Shown here: positions 16,489 to 26,767 of the stretch, piece by piece
Numbering within the stretch: position 1 is the first letter of the stretch
Layout of the letters: every line of letters starts with the position of its first letter
IMG/VR virus record: IMGVR_UViG_3300005805_000123
Span: 1-50,478 of that record
Direction: 5' to 3' (one strand)
Length of the DNA: 50,478 nucleotides
Source of the DNA: a virus
Lineage: Duplodnaviria > Caudoviricetes
The notes under the pieces: generated by a model
Database searches by the model: none
Seen by the model: only the letters and a program-made list of their open reading frames with translations
What the model was told of the DNA's origin: nothing
Position numbers and translations under genes: made by a program

Positions 16489-19434
16489 ATGAACACAACT
16501 AAGTTTTTACCTCCATCAAAATATATGAGTCCTGCAGATAGAATGGCTGCATCTTATGATAAAAAAATAGATGAAGTTTTAACCTTTGATGTAAAACAAA
16601 AAGCAATTAAGGTTGATAAACTTTTAAAAAATCAATTGATTCAAGAAAAGAAAAAGAAAAAGAAAAAAGATATTAAGAAAGAACAAGAAAAATTTAATCT
16701 TAAAGAAACTTTACTTGAGACAAAAAAACGAACAAAAGGTATGAGAGGAATTAAACTTCCTTCTATACCTAGAATGAGTTTCTTGGATTCTATTCGAAAT
16801 TTTATTACCTTTACTCTTTTAGGAATTGCTGTTAATCAACTTTTTAAATATCTACCACAACTCACCGATATTACAAAAAAAATGATCGGTGTAGTTGGAA
16901 CAGTTGGTGGATTTTTTGAAGGAATTGCAAAAGGATTGTTGAATGGATTTGCAACTTTTGTGCATGAGGGATACAAACTCAGAGATGGATTCAAAGATTT
17001 CATCGGTAAAAAGTTTGGAGAAAACGCAGAAAAACAATTTGAACAACTAGAAAAACAACTAAATTTATTTTTTGATCTTTCACTTTTGACTGGATTGCTA
17101 TCACTTGATATTGGACTGGATCTTGCTAGAACAAGAGAAGGTGATAAGAAAGGTCGTGGTAAACTTGGTTCTTCTGTGGCTGGTATAGAGTCTAGACTTG
17201 GAAGAAAACTTACACCACAAGAACTTAAAGATCTTGGTTTAAAACCAGGGTCTATTGAAGCAAAAGGAATACAAAAAGAGGGAACTAGAGCAGAGAGAGC
17301 AGCAGCAAAACAACAAAAGAGACTTAAGGGTGCAGAAATAAGAGCAGGAAAATCAGTACAACCAGAGAAACTTGCTGGTCCATTTTCTAAATTTGCTGGT
17401 CCACTTGGAAAGTTTCTTAAAGTTGCAGTTCCTGGAGTAGGTGCAGCTCTTGGTGCTATTGATTCCAAAGCCAGATTTGCTGCAGGAGATAATCTTGGTG
17501 GGTCTATTGCTGCTGCCTCAGCTGCTCTTGATGCTTTTGTGACTTTAGGTGCTGCACTCACTTTAGCTGGAGCATCAAGTATTATTGGAATTCCTGTTGC
17601 TGCTCTTACAGGAACTGCAGCAACTGTTGCTGCAGGATTGAGTGTTGCTTTAGATGTGATTCTTTTAATTCGTGATGTTCTTGAAGTTATGGGAATCAAA
17701 GTTCCTGGATTTGGTGGATATTCATTTGCTCAAGGTGGTCAAGTTACTAGAAATGGAAAAGCAATTGGTGGTCAAGTTACAAGAACTGTAAAACCAGTTA
17801 GAAGAAAAGAATCACCAGTTAAACCACAAAAATCACAACCAGGAAAGGATGTTGGTGGTAGAAAAGAAATTCAAAAACTTTTCTCAGATCCAATGAATCC
17901 AACTGAACCTGGACAATTAACAGATCCAGATGCAATTAATCCATTAGGATCACTTGAAACAACTTCTAAGATTTTAAAAACTATTCCATTCTTGGGTGGA
18001 GTGATGGGATCGGCAGTTGATCTTTCAATAGGTGAAAGACCAAGTAAAGGAATTTTTAAATCTTTTGGTGCTGCAATTGGTAATTTGATTCAAGATGTTG
18101 CTGATAATCAAATCAGTTTGAGTTTAAGTGATGTTTCTAGTTCAATTTCTGCAATGGCAAATGGTGGGCAAGTCGAATCCACCAACTTATTAAAAGAAAA
18201 TAACATTGGTTATCAAATCGGATCATTAGTTGCAAAAGCTTTTGAGGGAATGATTGATAATAGAGTTAATCAAATTTTCCAAGAGTTGAGAAAGCAATTT
18301 AAAAAGAGTGATGATGAAGATAGACAACCAAGTGGAGGAGATATGGGTCCAATTGAATATGGACCTCTACCTCTTAATATGAGTCAAAAACAAGCATTCG
18401 CAACAATATATGAACTTGCAAAAAGTAATGGTGCATCGATGCCAGAACTCGTTGCAGCAATGGCAATGTATGAATCTGGATATTTAACAAGTCAATTAGC
18501 TAGAGAAGCAAATAACCCTTTTGGACAAACCGGATCTGGTAACAGAGGAAGTATTCAATATAAAGGTAGAAATTGGGCAGCATATAATAGTTTGAGTGAT
18601 GCTGTCAAATATCATGTTGATAATTGGAACAACACTTCAAAATCTGGAAAAGGTGCTGGAACTTATGGAAGTCCTGTTGCTGGACTGAGAGCAATACTTC
18701 CAATTTATGCTCCAACAAGTGATGGAAATAATCATCAAAATTACATAAAATCTGTTTCAAGTATTCTGACCACAATGGGATTTGATCCTCAAAAGAAAAA
18801 TACACAAACAGATTTGAGTACTACAGCATTAATTCAACAAAGACAACCAGGAGTTGCTGGAGTTATTCCAGGGTACACTTCTCAACCTGGAACTGGATAT
18901 AAACCAAAGTCTCCTGGAAACTTTAACATAGTTCAATATATCACCGGTGATCCTAGTCAAGGTGTTAATTATGATCTTGCTGGTCATGGAAGAAGGAATA
19001 ATTATCATGATCATATTGCTTTTGCTACAGAACAAGATAAAGAAAGAGCAAAGGCAGCATTAAGAGCAGCAGGCATTAAAATTGGCAGTGAATATCGACC
19101 TGGAGATCCTGGATATCATGGAAAAAATTTAGCAATTGATGTTCCAGGATTTCAATGGGGAGGATCTGGTGCAATAGGAAACACTGAATATGATGGTTCC
19201 GCAAAAGTAAGAAGAATTTTAGGTCTAAAAGATGGTGGAGTTGTTGGTCAAAAAACTCCAAGAAATATTGCACCAATCAAATCATATGCATCATATGATT
19301 CAGAATCTCAAGTCATTATGATGATTCAACCTGTTCATTACTATACTAACACTTCTAATAAGTCAGTATCCTTCCCAGGTTTTGTAGTAAATAATAATAA
19401 CTCAAGATCAAATTCAACATTCTTTAGGCAGTAA
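16489..19434 (+). CDS. Tape-measure-like virion protein with GH73-like and M15-like domains
   Basis: Ala/Gly-rich helical region; AM.ESG...NNPFG...Y.S...YAP (GH73-like); YR...YH...AIDV. Confidence 0.7.
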   Translation: MNTTKFLPPSKYMSPADRMAASYDKKIDEVLTFDVKQKAIKVDKLLKNQLIQEKKKKKKKDIKKEQEKFNLKETLLETKKRTKGMRGIKLPSIPRMSFLDSIRNFITFTLLGIAVNQLFKYLPQLTDITKKMIGVVGTVGGFFEGIAKGLLNGFATFVHEGYKLRDGFKDFIGKKFGENAEKQFEQLEKQLNLFFDLSLLTGLLSLDIGLDLARTREGDKKGRGKLGSSVAGIESRLGRKLTPQELKDLGLKPGSIEAKGIQKEGTRAERAAAKQQKRLKGAEIRAGKSVQPEKLAGPFSKFAGPLGKFLKVAVPGVGAALGAIDSKARFAAGDNLGGSIAAASAALDAFVTLGAALTLAGASSIIGIPVAALTGTAATVAAGLSVALDVILLIRDVLEVMGIKVPGFGGYSFAQGGQVTRNGKAIGGQVTRTVKPVRRKESPVKPQKSQPGKDVGGRKEIQKLFSDPMNPTEPGQLTDPDAINPLGSLETTSKILKTIPFLGGVMGSAVDLSIGERPSKGIFKSFGAAIGNLIQDVADNQISLSLSDVSSSISAMANGGQVESTNLLKENNIGYQIGSLVAKAFEGMIDNRVNQIFQELRKQFKKSDDEDRQPSGGDMGPIEYGPLPLNMSQKQAFATIYELAKSNGASMPELVAAMAMYESGYLTSQLAREANNPFGQTGSGNRGSIQYKGRNWAAYNSLSDAVKYHVDNWNNTSKSGKGAGTYGSPVAGLRAILPIYAPTSDGNNHQNYIKSVSSILTTMGFDPQKKNTQTDLSTTALIQQRQPGVAGVIPGYTSQPGTGYKPKSPGNFNIVQYITGDPSQGVNYDLAGHGRRNNYHDHIAFATEQDKERAKAALRAAGIKIGSEYRPGDPGYHGKNLAIDVPGFQWGGSGAIGNTEYDGSAKVRRILGLKDGGVVGQKTPRNIAPIKSYASYDSESQVIMMIQPVHYYTNTSNKSVSFPGFVVNNNNSRSNSTFFRQ

Positions 19435-19435
19435 G

Positions 19436-20758
19436 ATGCGTGCTAATCAATCAGTTTCAGAAACTAATATAACGTTATTTGAAATTTATTCAAATTATGA
19501 TGATAAAAAATCTTTAGACATTTCCGGTGGTTGTGCTGAACTTTCTTATTATGAAAGTCTCTTGGATAATACGGTAAGAGTAAGAGGATCTTTTATTGAT
19601 ACTGGATTCAGAACTGAAGAAAGTTCTTCTGGTGATTCTAAATCTGTTCTTGAAAAGGGAGATGTTCAACTAACTGCTGGAGAAAAAGTTCACCTCGTAA
19701 TGGAGGATTATTATGGACAAAAACTTGTCCTTAAGGATGACTATCAATTGAGAATAAAAGAAGTAAGAGATATTATTGAACACACTCAAAGTCTTGGATT
19801 TACAATTGATTTTTACTCAAAAGAATCTATTGATAATGAATTTTTAGAAACAAGAGTCACAAGAAGATATGATGGAAAAATACCAGATTCTGTTCAACAA
19901 ATTTTAACAACAGTATTAAAGACCCCAAAAAATATTGAGGTTGATCCTGGTCTCAACTCTTTCAATTTTTTAGGGCATGTAGAGAAACCATTATACAAAT
20001 GTGCATGGTTAGCAAAAAGATGCGTCCCTGAAATGAGTGATGCAAACGGAAATTATGCTGGATATTTTTTCTATGAAATTGGAGATGATGGAACTGGAAA
20101 TGGTGGATATAAATTCAAATCAATTGATAAACTTTTTACTCAAAAACCCAAGAGAAAATTAATTTATAATAACACGACTCTTTTGCCTGAAGAATATGAT
20201 GCAAAAATTTTAAATTATTCTTTTGTGAACACTGTGGATATTCAAAAACAATTGGTATCTGGTGGTCTTTATAGCACACAATTAGGATCTTTTAGTACAT
20301 ATAATAATGGATATATTGAGAACTCATTTTCTTATGATAAACAAGTTAATGAAGACAATAATGCCGGAAAAGAAAAAATAAAACTACCATTTCAAGATAA
20401 ACCAACAAGATTCTCTACAAAAATTCTTGACACAGGAGTTTTAAAAGAAGGAACTAATTTTGATCAGTCCAAAACATTAAATTTAGACACTGACAAAATT
20501 GTAAGACAATCTTTTATGCGATATAATAATCTCTTCTCTACAAGATTAACCATCACAATTGCTGCTGATTTTGGATTACATGCTGGAGATTTAATCTATT
20601 GTGATTTTCCAGAAGTTGCAAATACATCTTCTCCAGAAGTAAGTTCACGAAAAGGTGGCATATATATCATAGTAGATTTATGCCATTTAGTTACTTCCAG
20701 AAACACTTTCACTCAATTAAATCTAGTTAGAGACACTATAGGAAGGAAACCTTTTTAA
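19436..20758 (+). CDS. Baseplate hub protein (gp27-like)
   Basis: YYES, GYFFYE..GY.FKSID.L, L.AGD.I...FP, GG.YII..LCH; lies upstream of gp5. Confidence 0.65.
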   Translation: MRANQSVSETNITLFEIYSNYDDKKSLDISGGCAELSYYESLLDNTVRVRGSFIDTGFRTEESSSGDSKSVLEKGDVQLTAGEKVHLVMEDYYGQKLVLKDDYQLRIKEVRDIIEHTQSLGFTIDFYSKESIDNEFLETRVTRRYDGKIPDSVQQILTTVLKTPKNIEVDPGLNSFNFLGHVEKPLYKCAWLAKRCVPEMSDANGNYAGYFFYEIGDDGTGNGGYKFKSIDKLFTQKPKRKLIYNNTTLLPEEYDAKILNYSFVNTVDIQKQLVSGGLYSTQLGSFSTYNNGYIENSFSYDKQVNEDNNAGKEKIKLPFQDKPTRFSTKILDTGVLKEGTNFDQSKTLNLDTDKIVRQSFMRYNNLFSTRLTITIAADFGLHAGDLIYCDFPEVANTSSPEVSSRKGGIYIIVDLCHLVTSRNTFTQLNLVRDTIGRKPF

Positions 20759-20761
20759 CCT

Positions 20762-20977
20762 ATGGACAGAAGCATCCAACAACACATTAATGATGATAAA
20801 GATATCTTGGATAACTCAACACTCTCACCTCAAATGAGAAGACATGTTGAAGATGAATTAAATCATTTGGAAAAATATCAAGCAAACCATCCAGACACTG
20901 ATCATGATCCAACTTCATTTGAGATGTATTGTGACGAAAACCCAGATGCTTTAGAATGTAGAGTGTATGAGGACTAA
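20762..20977 (+). CDS. cp12: CP12 Calvin-cycle inhibitor
   Basis: C-terminal FEMYCDENPDALECRVYED; RRHVEDEL core; no N-terminal Cys pair. Confidence 0.9.
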   Translation: MDRSIQQHINDDKDILDNSTLSPQMRRHVEDELNHLEKYQANHPDTDHDPTSFEMYCDENPDALECRVYED

Positions 20978-23244
20978 TGAACGGAAATTTATTCAATACA
21001 GAATCAATTGCAACTGGCAATTTTATTTGGTGGATCGGACAGATCGTTGATGACTCTGTGTGGAAAGATAATATTTTACCATCAAAATGGAAAGGAACAA
21101 ATAATATTCCTGGATGGGGTGCAAGATATAAAGTAAGAATTATAAGTAGAGATACTGCAACAAAAGATGTTCCAGATTCTCAACTGGAGATGGCTGAGGT
21201 TTTGTATCCAGTCACTGCAGGATCTGGTCATGCTGGTAGTTATCAAACAGCAAATCTAAGAAAAGGTGCTTATGTAGTTGGTTTTTATAAAGATGGAATT
21301 GATATGTCCGAACCCATTATTATGGGTTGTCTTGGAAATAATGATCAAACAAAATTAGCACAAACAATACCTCTGAAAGGATTTGTCCCTTTTAGTGGTT
21401 ATGTCAAAGAAAAAGTATCCATTAATGATATTCCAGGAGAAGGATCTGCTCCACCGTCTGGAGAGTTTCCAAGAGAGGGAGGTACTCCTAGTAGCACCAC
21501 AGAAAGCACTTTAAGTGACCAAATAGAACAATCTGATGGTGAAAAGGAAACATATTTAACTGTTCCAACAGATTGTGATAAACTTCAACTTGGTTCGATT
21601 CAAGTAGAAATTAAAAAGTTTATTAAAGATATTAAGGATTTTAAAAAAAGAGTAAACAGTTGGAAGTATACAATTCTAAAACCTATTAGTGAAGAAGGAA
21701 AAGAATATTCACTTTCGGAATATATTCAGTATAAAGCAAGAAACGTTGCTAAATGGATTTCTGGAAAAATTAAAAATATAATCACAGATATTCAACAGTT
21801 TACAACAAATACAATTAATAATGCTGCAAAAGATTTTTATTATGTACTTTTCCCAAATCAAAGACCAGGACTTAAGAGGGCAATAGAAACTGCCAATGAT
21901 CTTCTTGCCTGTTTGTTTAGGAAAATAGTTGCAAACCTTTTAAAAATGATTACTGATGCTCTATTATCAATTTCAAATAAATTTATCAATACACCTCTTT
22001 GTGCTGTAGAGAATATAGTATCAACTTTACTTGGAAATTTAATTGGATTTATCTCAAGTGCAATCAATGCCATTATTGCTCCAATAGAATCATTTGTTGG
22101 TGGAATTTTTGATGTTGCTGGTGGAGTAATAAATTTTATAACTGATTTGTTATCATTTCTTTCTTGCGAAGAGAAACCAGAATGTCCTGGAGTAACTGGG
22201 TGGACACCTTGGCAAGGTGCAACTAAGTTTAATGCTGGATCAAGTGTAAATTCTGTTATCGAAAAAGCAAATACAATTGCATCAAATTTTTCTCAGGTAG
22301 TGGATATAGATACTTTTGATTTTAATTTAAATTTTGATAGTATTCTTTCCAATTCATTCGGAACATGTAATGTTGGACCTCTTCTTTGCGGACCACCTAC
22401 TGTAGAATTTTATGGTGGAGGTGGATCTGGGGCTTCAGGTAATGTGATCGTAAGTGCAGTTGGAGATATTCTTGGAGTTGATTTGGCAACTTTGGGTGTT
22501 GGATATCAATCAGCACCGATTGTTAGATTTGTAGATAATTGTGGAAAGGGAAAAAATGCTGTTGGAAGAGCAATTATAAATCAATCTTCAGGTGAAGTCG
22601 TAAATGTAGTAATGGAATCGACAGGATTTGATTATCTATCAAGTCCTAATGGAGATCAGGGTGGTGATGGAAGTGTTTTTGCAACTTCTGGACAAACAAT
22701 CGTAAAAAGATCTGACGGATCATATGATCGACCATATGATCCAGGAGAAGTATTTGACGTTAACTCTGGCGATGAAGTTTCTTCTTGCGGAGTTACTACA
22801 ATTATTACAGAGTTTCAAACATTAACAGCTCCTCAATGCACAGGTCAAGAAGTTATTGGAGTTGCTGGAGCAGGAGTTGCTGGAGAAAATCCATCTTTAA
22901 ATAGTGGAACTTATCCAGTATTTTTAGAATTAGATAGTGTTGTGATTGATAATCCTGGAGTTAACTATGATCCGAATGATAAAATGACTATCACTCCAGA
23001 CAATGGTGCTGTTCTTCAACCACGATTTGATTCTTTTGGATCTTTGACTTCTGTAGAAATCGTTCAAACTGGAATAGGATACACAGAAATGCCGACTATT
23101 GAAATTGAGACAGAAACAGGTTATAATGCTTCTTTACTCCCAGTATTTAAGGTAAATAGACTTGGTAATATCACCGAAGAAGAAACAGTTATTCCACCAC
23201 AGACACAAATTATTTCTGTTGTGGATTGTGTAGGTAAATTCTAA
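20977..23244 (+). CDS. gp5: Baseplate hub/spike gp5, N-terminal part (no lysozyme domain recognised)
   Basis: F.WWIGQI, RYKVRI, V.GFY.DG....P.IMG OB-fold pattern; ends QIISVVDCVG. Confidence 0.8.
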   Translation: MNGNLFNTESIATGNFIWWIGQIVDDSVWKDNILPSKWKGTNNIPGWGARYKVRIISRDTATKDVPDSQLEMAEVLYPVTAGSGHAGSYQTANLRKGAYVVGFYKDGIDMSEPIIMGCLGNNDQTKLAQTIPLKGFVPFSGYVKEKVSINDIPGEGSAPPSGEFPREGGTPSSTTESTLSDQIEQSDGEKETYLTVPTDCDKLQLGSIQVEIKKFIKDIKDFKKRVNSWKYTILKPISEEGKEYSLSEYIQYKARNVAKWISGKIKNIITDIQQFTTNTINNAAKDFYYVLFPNQRPGLKRAIETANDLLACLFRKIVANLLKMITDALLSISNKFINTPLCAVENIVSTLLGNLIGFISSAINAIIAPIESFVGGIFDVAGGVINFITDLLSFLSCEEKPECPGVTGWTPWQGATKFNAGSSVNSVIEKANTIASNFSQVVDIDTFDFNLNFDSILSNSFGTCNVGPLLCGPPTVEFYGGGGSGASGNVIVSAVGDILGVDLATLGVGYQSAPIVRFVDNCGKGKNAVGRAIINQSSGEVVNVVMESTGFDYLSSPNGDQGGDGSVFATSGQTIVKRSDGSYDRPYDPGEVFDVNSGDEVSSCGVTTIITEFQTLTAPQCTGQEVIGVAGAGVAGENPSLNSGTYPVFLELDSVVIDNPGVNYDPNDKMTITPDNGAVLQPRFDSFGSLTSVEIVQTGIGYTEMPTIEIETETGYNASLLPVFKVNRLGNITEEETVIPPQTQIISVVDCVGKF

Positions 23245-23819
23245 TGGCAGAAACAAAAAATTATCATACTATTGGTTACGGAACCAAGGATGGAGAACTT
23301 AAATTTGGTCATATTCATGATGATGGAGTTGTTTCATCCACGATTATTAGAAGTGGTCATGAAGCAAATCATTACATATCCCTAGATTCTACTGGGGGAG
23401 TAACAAGAAAACATGGAACTATTGCAAGATCCATGGGTTCTTATCAGGTTATTGCTGGTGATAATGTTCCAGATGAGGTTCCTGCAGTTTATATTGATGC
23501 TGTAAATGGAGACTTAGTTTTAAATGCAAAAAATGGTAGAATTAGATTACTTGCCGAAAATATTGATTTAATTGCAAATGGTCCAGATGGAACAAATGGT
23601 GTTATTACAATTGATGCAAATGAAAAGGTCATTGTAAAAGCACCCACTATAGATGTTAGATCCAAAGTATCAACCAAGATCTTTTCAGAAAAGACTACTG
23701 AAGTGATTGGTAAGGCAATCTTAAATATATACGGTGGACTGATTGATTGTGCTGATGGTGCAACAAAAATAAAAGGTTCTAAAGGTGGTTCTACAAATGA
23801 GGAGCAAAATAAACTATGA
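23244..23819 (+). CDS. gp5 C-terminal beta-helix-like spike protein
   Basis: Beta-rich repeats I.A.NGDLVL.A.NGRIRL.AENIDL.A; coupled to gp5. Confidence 0.6.
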   Translation: MAETKNYHTIGYGTKDGELKFGHIHDDGVVSSTIIRSGHEANHYISLDSTGGVTRKHGTIARSMGSYQVIAGDNVPDEVPAVYIDAVNGDLVLNAKNGRIRLLAENIDLIANGPDGTNGVITIDANEKVIVKAPTIDVRSKVSTKIFSEKTTEVIGKAILNIYGGLIDCADGATKIKGSKGGSTNEEQNKL

Positions 23820-24607
23820 AAGTACCTGATTTATATGTTGGAAAAAGATTATTTGTAGGAGAAGGATTTCCTATTGCACTTGGAATAGGTCCTGCAGAAG
23901 CAAGAGGATCTGCTTATATTGAAGGTCCAACGATTACTGGAGATCCTAGTTCGTTTCCTGTTGTTCAAGCAACATCAATGATTGGTCCAAGTCTTAATGG
24001 AGAAGCAACAACTCCAGTTATTTTTGGTGCTATTTGTGGATTTAATCATTCTCCATATTCTTTAGCAGTTGTTGGTGATGCTTGTATATTTGATAATTTA
24101 ACAGTTAATCGTCAAATTGAAGCAGGCACACATGTCATTGCTCAAGGAGAGGTTGTATCTAGATTTGGTGGTGGGCAACACATTCTCTCTCTAAAGAAAA
24201 ACTTTGATATTCCTCACCCAACAAAAGAGGGGTGGAGACTCAGACATACTTGCCCAGAGGGTCCATCAAATGATGTTTATGTTAGAGGTAGAATTAGAAA
24301 TAAAACGGAGATTCAGTTACCAGATTATTGGAGAAATCTTGTAGATCCAACTTCAATTACAGTATCTTTGACACCTGTTGGTGCTCATCAAGATGTGATT
24401 GTAAAAAGAATCGGAGAAAATAAAGTCTTTCTTCAAGCAAAAGGTGGAATGCCTATTGATTGTTTCTATCATATCTTTGCTGAAAGAAGTGATGGTGAAA
24501 AACTGATCCCAGAATATGCTGGTAAAACACCAGAAGATTATCCAGGAAACAACAATGAATATTCTGTTGTTGGATGGAATTATGATACTCGTACTGTAGG
24601 AGAATAA
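23816..24607 (+). CDS. Virion structural protein with KNFDIPHP...LRH.C.EGP C-terminal domain
   Basis: Domain typical of phage fibre/spike C-termini; paralog of the next gene. Confidence 0.65.
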   Translation: MKVPDLYVGKRLFVGEGFPIALGIGPAEARGSAYIEGPTITGDPSSFPVVQATSMIGPSLNGEATTPVIFGAICGFNHSPYSLAVVGDACIFDNLTVNRQIEAGTHVIAQGEVVSRFGGGQHILSLKKNFDIPHPTKEGWRLRHTCPEGPSNDVYVRGRIRNKTEIQLPDYWRNLVDPTSITVSLTPVGAHQDVIVKRIGENKVFLQAKGGMPIDCFYHIFAERSDGEKLIPEYAGKTPEDYPGNNNEYSVVGWNYDTRTVGE

Positions 24608-24609
24608 AG

Positions 24610-25338
24610 ATGGCACTTGAACCTAGAACATTTGGAAGAAAGAATTGTGCTGATCCAATTATTGTTGGACAACCATCATTCAATTATGATTATGTTTTAA
24701 AGCCTGATAACAATGATATTGGTGCAGATATAGATTTGGTCCTTCAACCAGAATGTATTCCATATTATTATTACAATATGAGAGTTGGAAGCATTTATGC
24801 TGAGGGAAACCCTGGTGTTTATGCAAAGGGTGATGTTGTATCAAATAATGGTGCTCATGTTCTCTCTGGTAAGAAAAATCTTCCATTTGATATGCCACAT
24901 CCAAATAAAAAGGGATGGAGACTAAGACATGTTTGTATTGAGGGACCTGAAATTGCTGTTTATTGCAGAGGTAAAGTTCCAAAGGATGGAATTATTCATC
25001 TTCCAGAATTTTGGAGTGGACTTGTAAATCCTGAAGATATGACTATTAATCTTACTCCAATTGGTTATTGGCAAGAACTATTTGTAAAAGAAGTTCTTTG
25101 GGGAAAACAAGTCATCGTAGGAAATAATGCTGGTGGTCAAATCAATGCAGACTATCACATTATTGCTCGTAGATTAGATGATGATTTGATTGTTGAATAT
25201 GAAGGGGAAACCTATCAAGATTATCCAGGAGGAAATGAAGGATATTCCTTTAATTATGAGCATAATTATGTTGAAAACTTAATCAAAGATACTATTCAGA
25301 AAACAGTATCAGAAATGAAGGAGAATAATAATGGCTGA
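24610..25338 (+). CDS. Virion structural protein (paralog of 23816)
   Basis: PFDMPHPNKKGWRLRHVCIEGPE...LPEFW..LV...YPG.N. Confidence 0.65.
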   Translation: MALEPRTFGRKNCADPIIVGQPSFNYDYVLKPDNNDIGADIDLVLQPECIPYYYYNMRVGSIYAEGNPGVYAKGDVVSNNGAHVLSGKKNLPFDMPHPNKKGWRLRHVCIEGPEIAVYCRGKVPKDGIIHLPEFWSGLVNPEDMTINLTPIGYWQELFVKEVLWGKQVIVGNNAGGQINADYHIIARRLDDDLIVEYEGETYQDYPGGNEGYSFNYEHNYVENLIKDTIQKTVSEMKENNNG

Positions 25339-25888
25339 TTACGATTTTGTTTTTCTACTTCCAGAAGGTGGTTCTTATATTGGAACAACAGGTATTACCA
25401 CAACTAAAAATAGATTACCAAATCCAGGGTTAGGATATACTACACTAGATCCGTGTGGATTGGGTACATTCCAAGGTGATGTTGAAATTATTGCATGTAG
25501 TGGATTTACAGGAAAATTAACTTGTGATGGGGATATTAAAACGTTCTCAAATGCTGATATAGATGGAACTCTTAATGTAGATGGATCTACCACACTTAAT
25601 GGATCTTTAAGTGTCGTTGGAATTTCTACATTTAGTAATACAACAAATTCTTTTAGTAAAGATACTGGTGCATTAATTACTGAAGGTGGTGTTGGAATAG
25701 AGAAAAATTTAAATGTTGGAGGAAATACCATTATTACTGGTATAAGCACGTTTGGATTAAATTCTTCAACAAATCCAGTGTCAAACTCACAAATGAGTTT
25801 TGAACTTACGAACAACACAACTTTAACAATTAGAGTTCGGGGAACGGATGGAACGGTCAGGACAGCAACAATCGCATTAAGTGTTTGA
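25331..25888 (+). CDS. Short fibre-like structural protein
   Basis: TGALITEGGVGIEKNLNVGG and GISTF fibre repeats. Confidence 0.65.
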   Translation: MADYDFVFLLPEGGSYIGTTGITTTKNRLPNPGLGYTTLDPCGLGTFQGDVEIIACSGFTGKLTCDGDIKTFSNADIDGTLNVDGSTTLNGSLSVVGISTFSNTTNSFSKDTGALITEGGVGIEKNLNVGGNTIITGISTFGLNSSTNPVSNSQMSFELTNNTTLTIRVRGTDGTVRTATIALSV

Positions 25889-25913
25889 CACGGACCCCCC
25901 ACCATGCTATGAT
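25885..25913 (+). promoter_or_regulatory. Sigma70 promoter with extended -10
   Basis: TTGACA-N17-TATGAT with TG at -15/-14. Confidence 0.85.
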
Positions 25914-25938
25914 ACCTAGGTAATCGACAGACGACCGA

Positions 25939-26121
25939 ATGCAAGATGAGTACCTGACACGATGCTTGGTGGACCCTATCAAACGAACAGTGTATCTGTA
26001 TTCTAATGAAGGATCAGAAAAAGAAGTAGTTTGTGACACTGTAGATGAATTTATGAATGTGCTAGACTTTGTTCGTGCTACAGTGGATGCAGAGACACTC
26101 TCATACGCAAATCCTCTATGA
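25939..26121 (+). CDS. Conserved hypothetical protein
   Basis: 60-aa ORF after the promoter; LYS.EG....V.C...DEFMNVL. Confidence 0.75.
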   Translation: MQDEYLTRCLVDPIKRTVYLYSNEGSEKEVVCDTVDEFMNVLDFVRATVDAETLSYANPL

Positions 26122-26324
26122 ATTTTTACAAAATCTCATATAAAAACCTTAAAGAAGAACCTGTTAAGACCACTCCAGAAAACGTAAAAGAGGCAAATGA
26201 AGCACTCTTTACTGCAAAGTGGAATCTTCCTCAAGCAGCAAAGCATTGCGGAATGTCACATAAAGAAATGAAGTTGACATTCTGGGAGTATCTCAAGTAT
26301 AATCCTGTTACTTACCAATCGTAA
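26118..26324 (+). CDS. Hypothetical protein (HTH-like)
   Basis: WNLPQAAKHCGMSHKEMKLTF; ATGA overlap. Confidence 0.7.
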   Translation: MNFYKISYKNLKEEPVKTTPENVKEANEALFTAKWNLPQAAKHCGMSHKEMKLTFWEYLKYNPVTYQS

Positions 26325-26332
26325 GTTTTTAT

Positions 26333-26417
26333 GCGAGTATGGCGGAATCGGTAGACGCACCGGACTTAAAATCCGTTGGGCATTGTGCCCGTGGGAGTTC
26401 AAGTCTCCCTACTCGCA
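26333..26417 (+). tRNA. tRNA-Leu (UAA)
   Basis: Acceptor GCGAGTA/TACTCGC, anticodon loop CT-TAA-AA, long variable arm, GTTCAAGTC T-loop; CCA not encoded. Confidence 0.95.
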
Positions 26418-26458
26418 CTGAGGTTTATCCTCTAAATAAACAAAAGTACGGAACCTTT

Positions 26459-26728
26459 ATGAAATACCGTATTGATGCCAGATACGTTTGGTACAACAGA
26501 GGAACAATGATTGTTCTGATGTATTTCATAAATCAAGTTCCTTTTACTTTTGATGAGTTGCCAGACGAATCTTTATTTGATTTGGAACTTATCAAACTAG
26601 CAGATAACGAAAGACGTTTTGAACCTGAGGATTTGTATCAATCTTCCTTCTATCTTATAGATGAAGAGTGTCATCCTTTAATGTTTGAGGTAGAACTGGA
26701 AAATCCAGAAATGTTACCTGCTGATTAA
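26459..26728 (+). CDS. Conserved hypothetical protein
   Basis: MKYRIDARYVWY...MYFIN.VPFTFDE...HPL; the ORF-track start inside the tRNA is spurious. Confidence 0.75.
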   Translation: MKYRIDARYVWYNRGTMIVLMYFINQVPFTFDELPDESLFDLELIKLADNERRFEPEDLYQSSFYLIDEECHPLMFEVELENPEMLPAD

Positions 26729-26767
26729 TTTGTAACTATACTAAATAGTTACAAATAATTTAAGAAA

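Noticed and set aside
15720-17699. 211-aa and 287-aa minus-strand ORFs
   Set aside because: Mirror frames of Gly/Ala-rich codons in the tape-measure-like genes
25375-25944. 189-aa minus-strand ORF
   Set aside because: Antisense shadow of the fibre-like gene, also crossing a plus-strand promoter
26339-26458. N-terminal extension of ORF 26339..26728
   Set aside because: It is a translation of tRNA-Leu; the likely start is 26459
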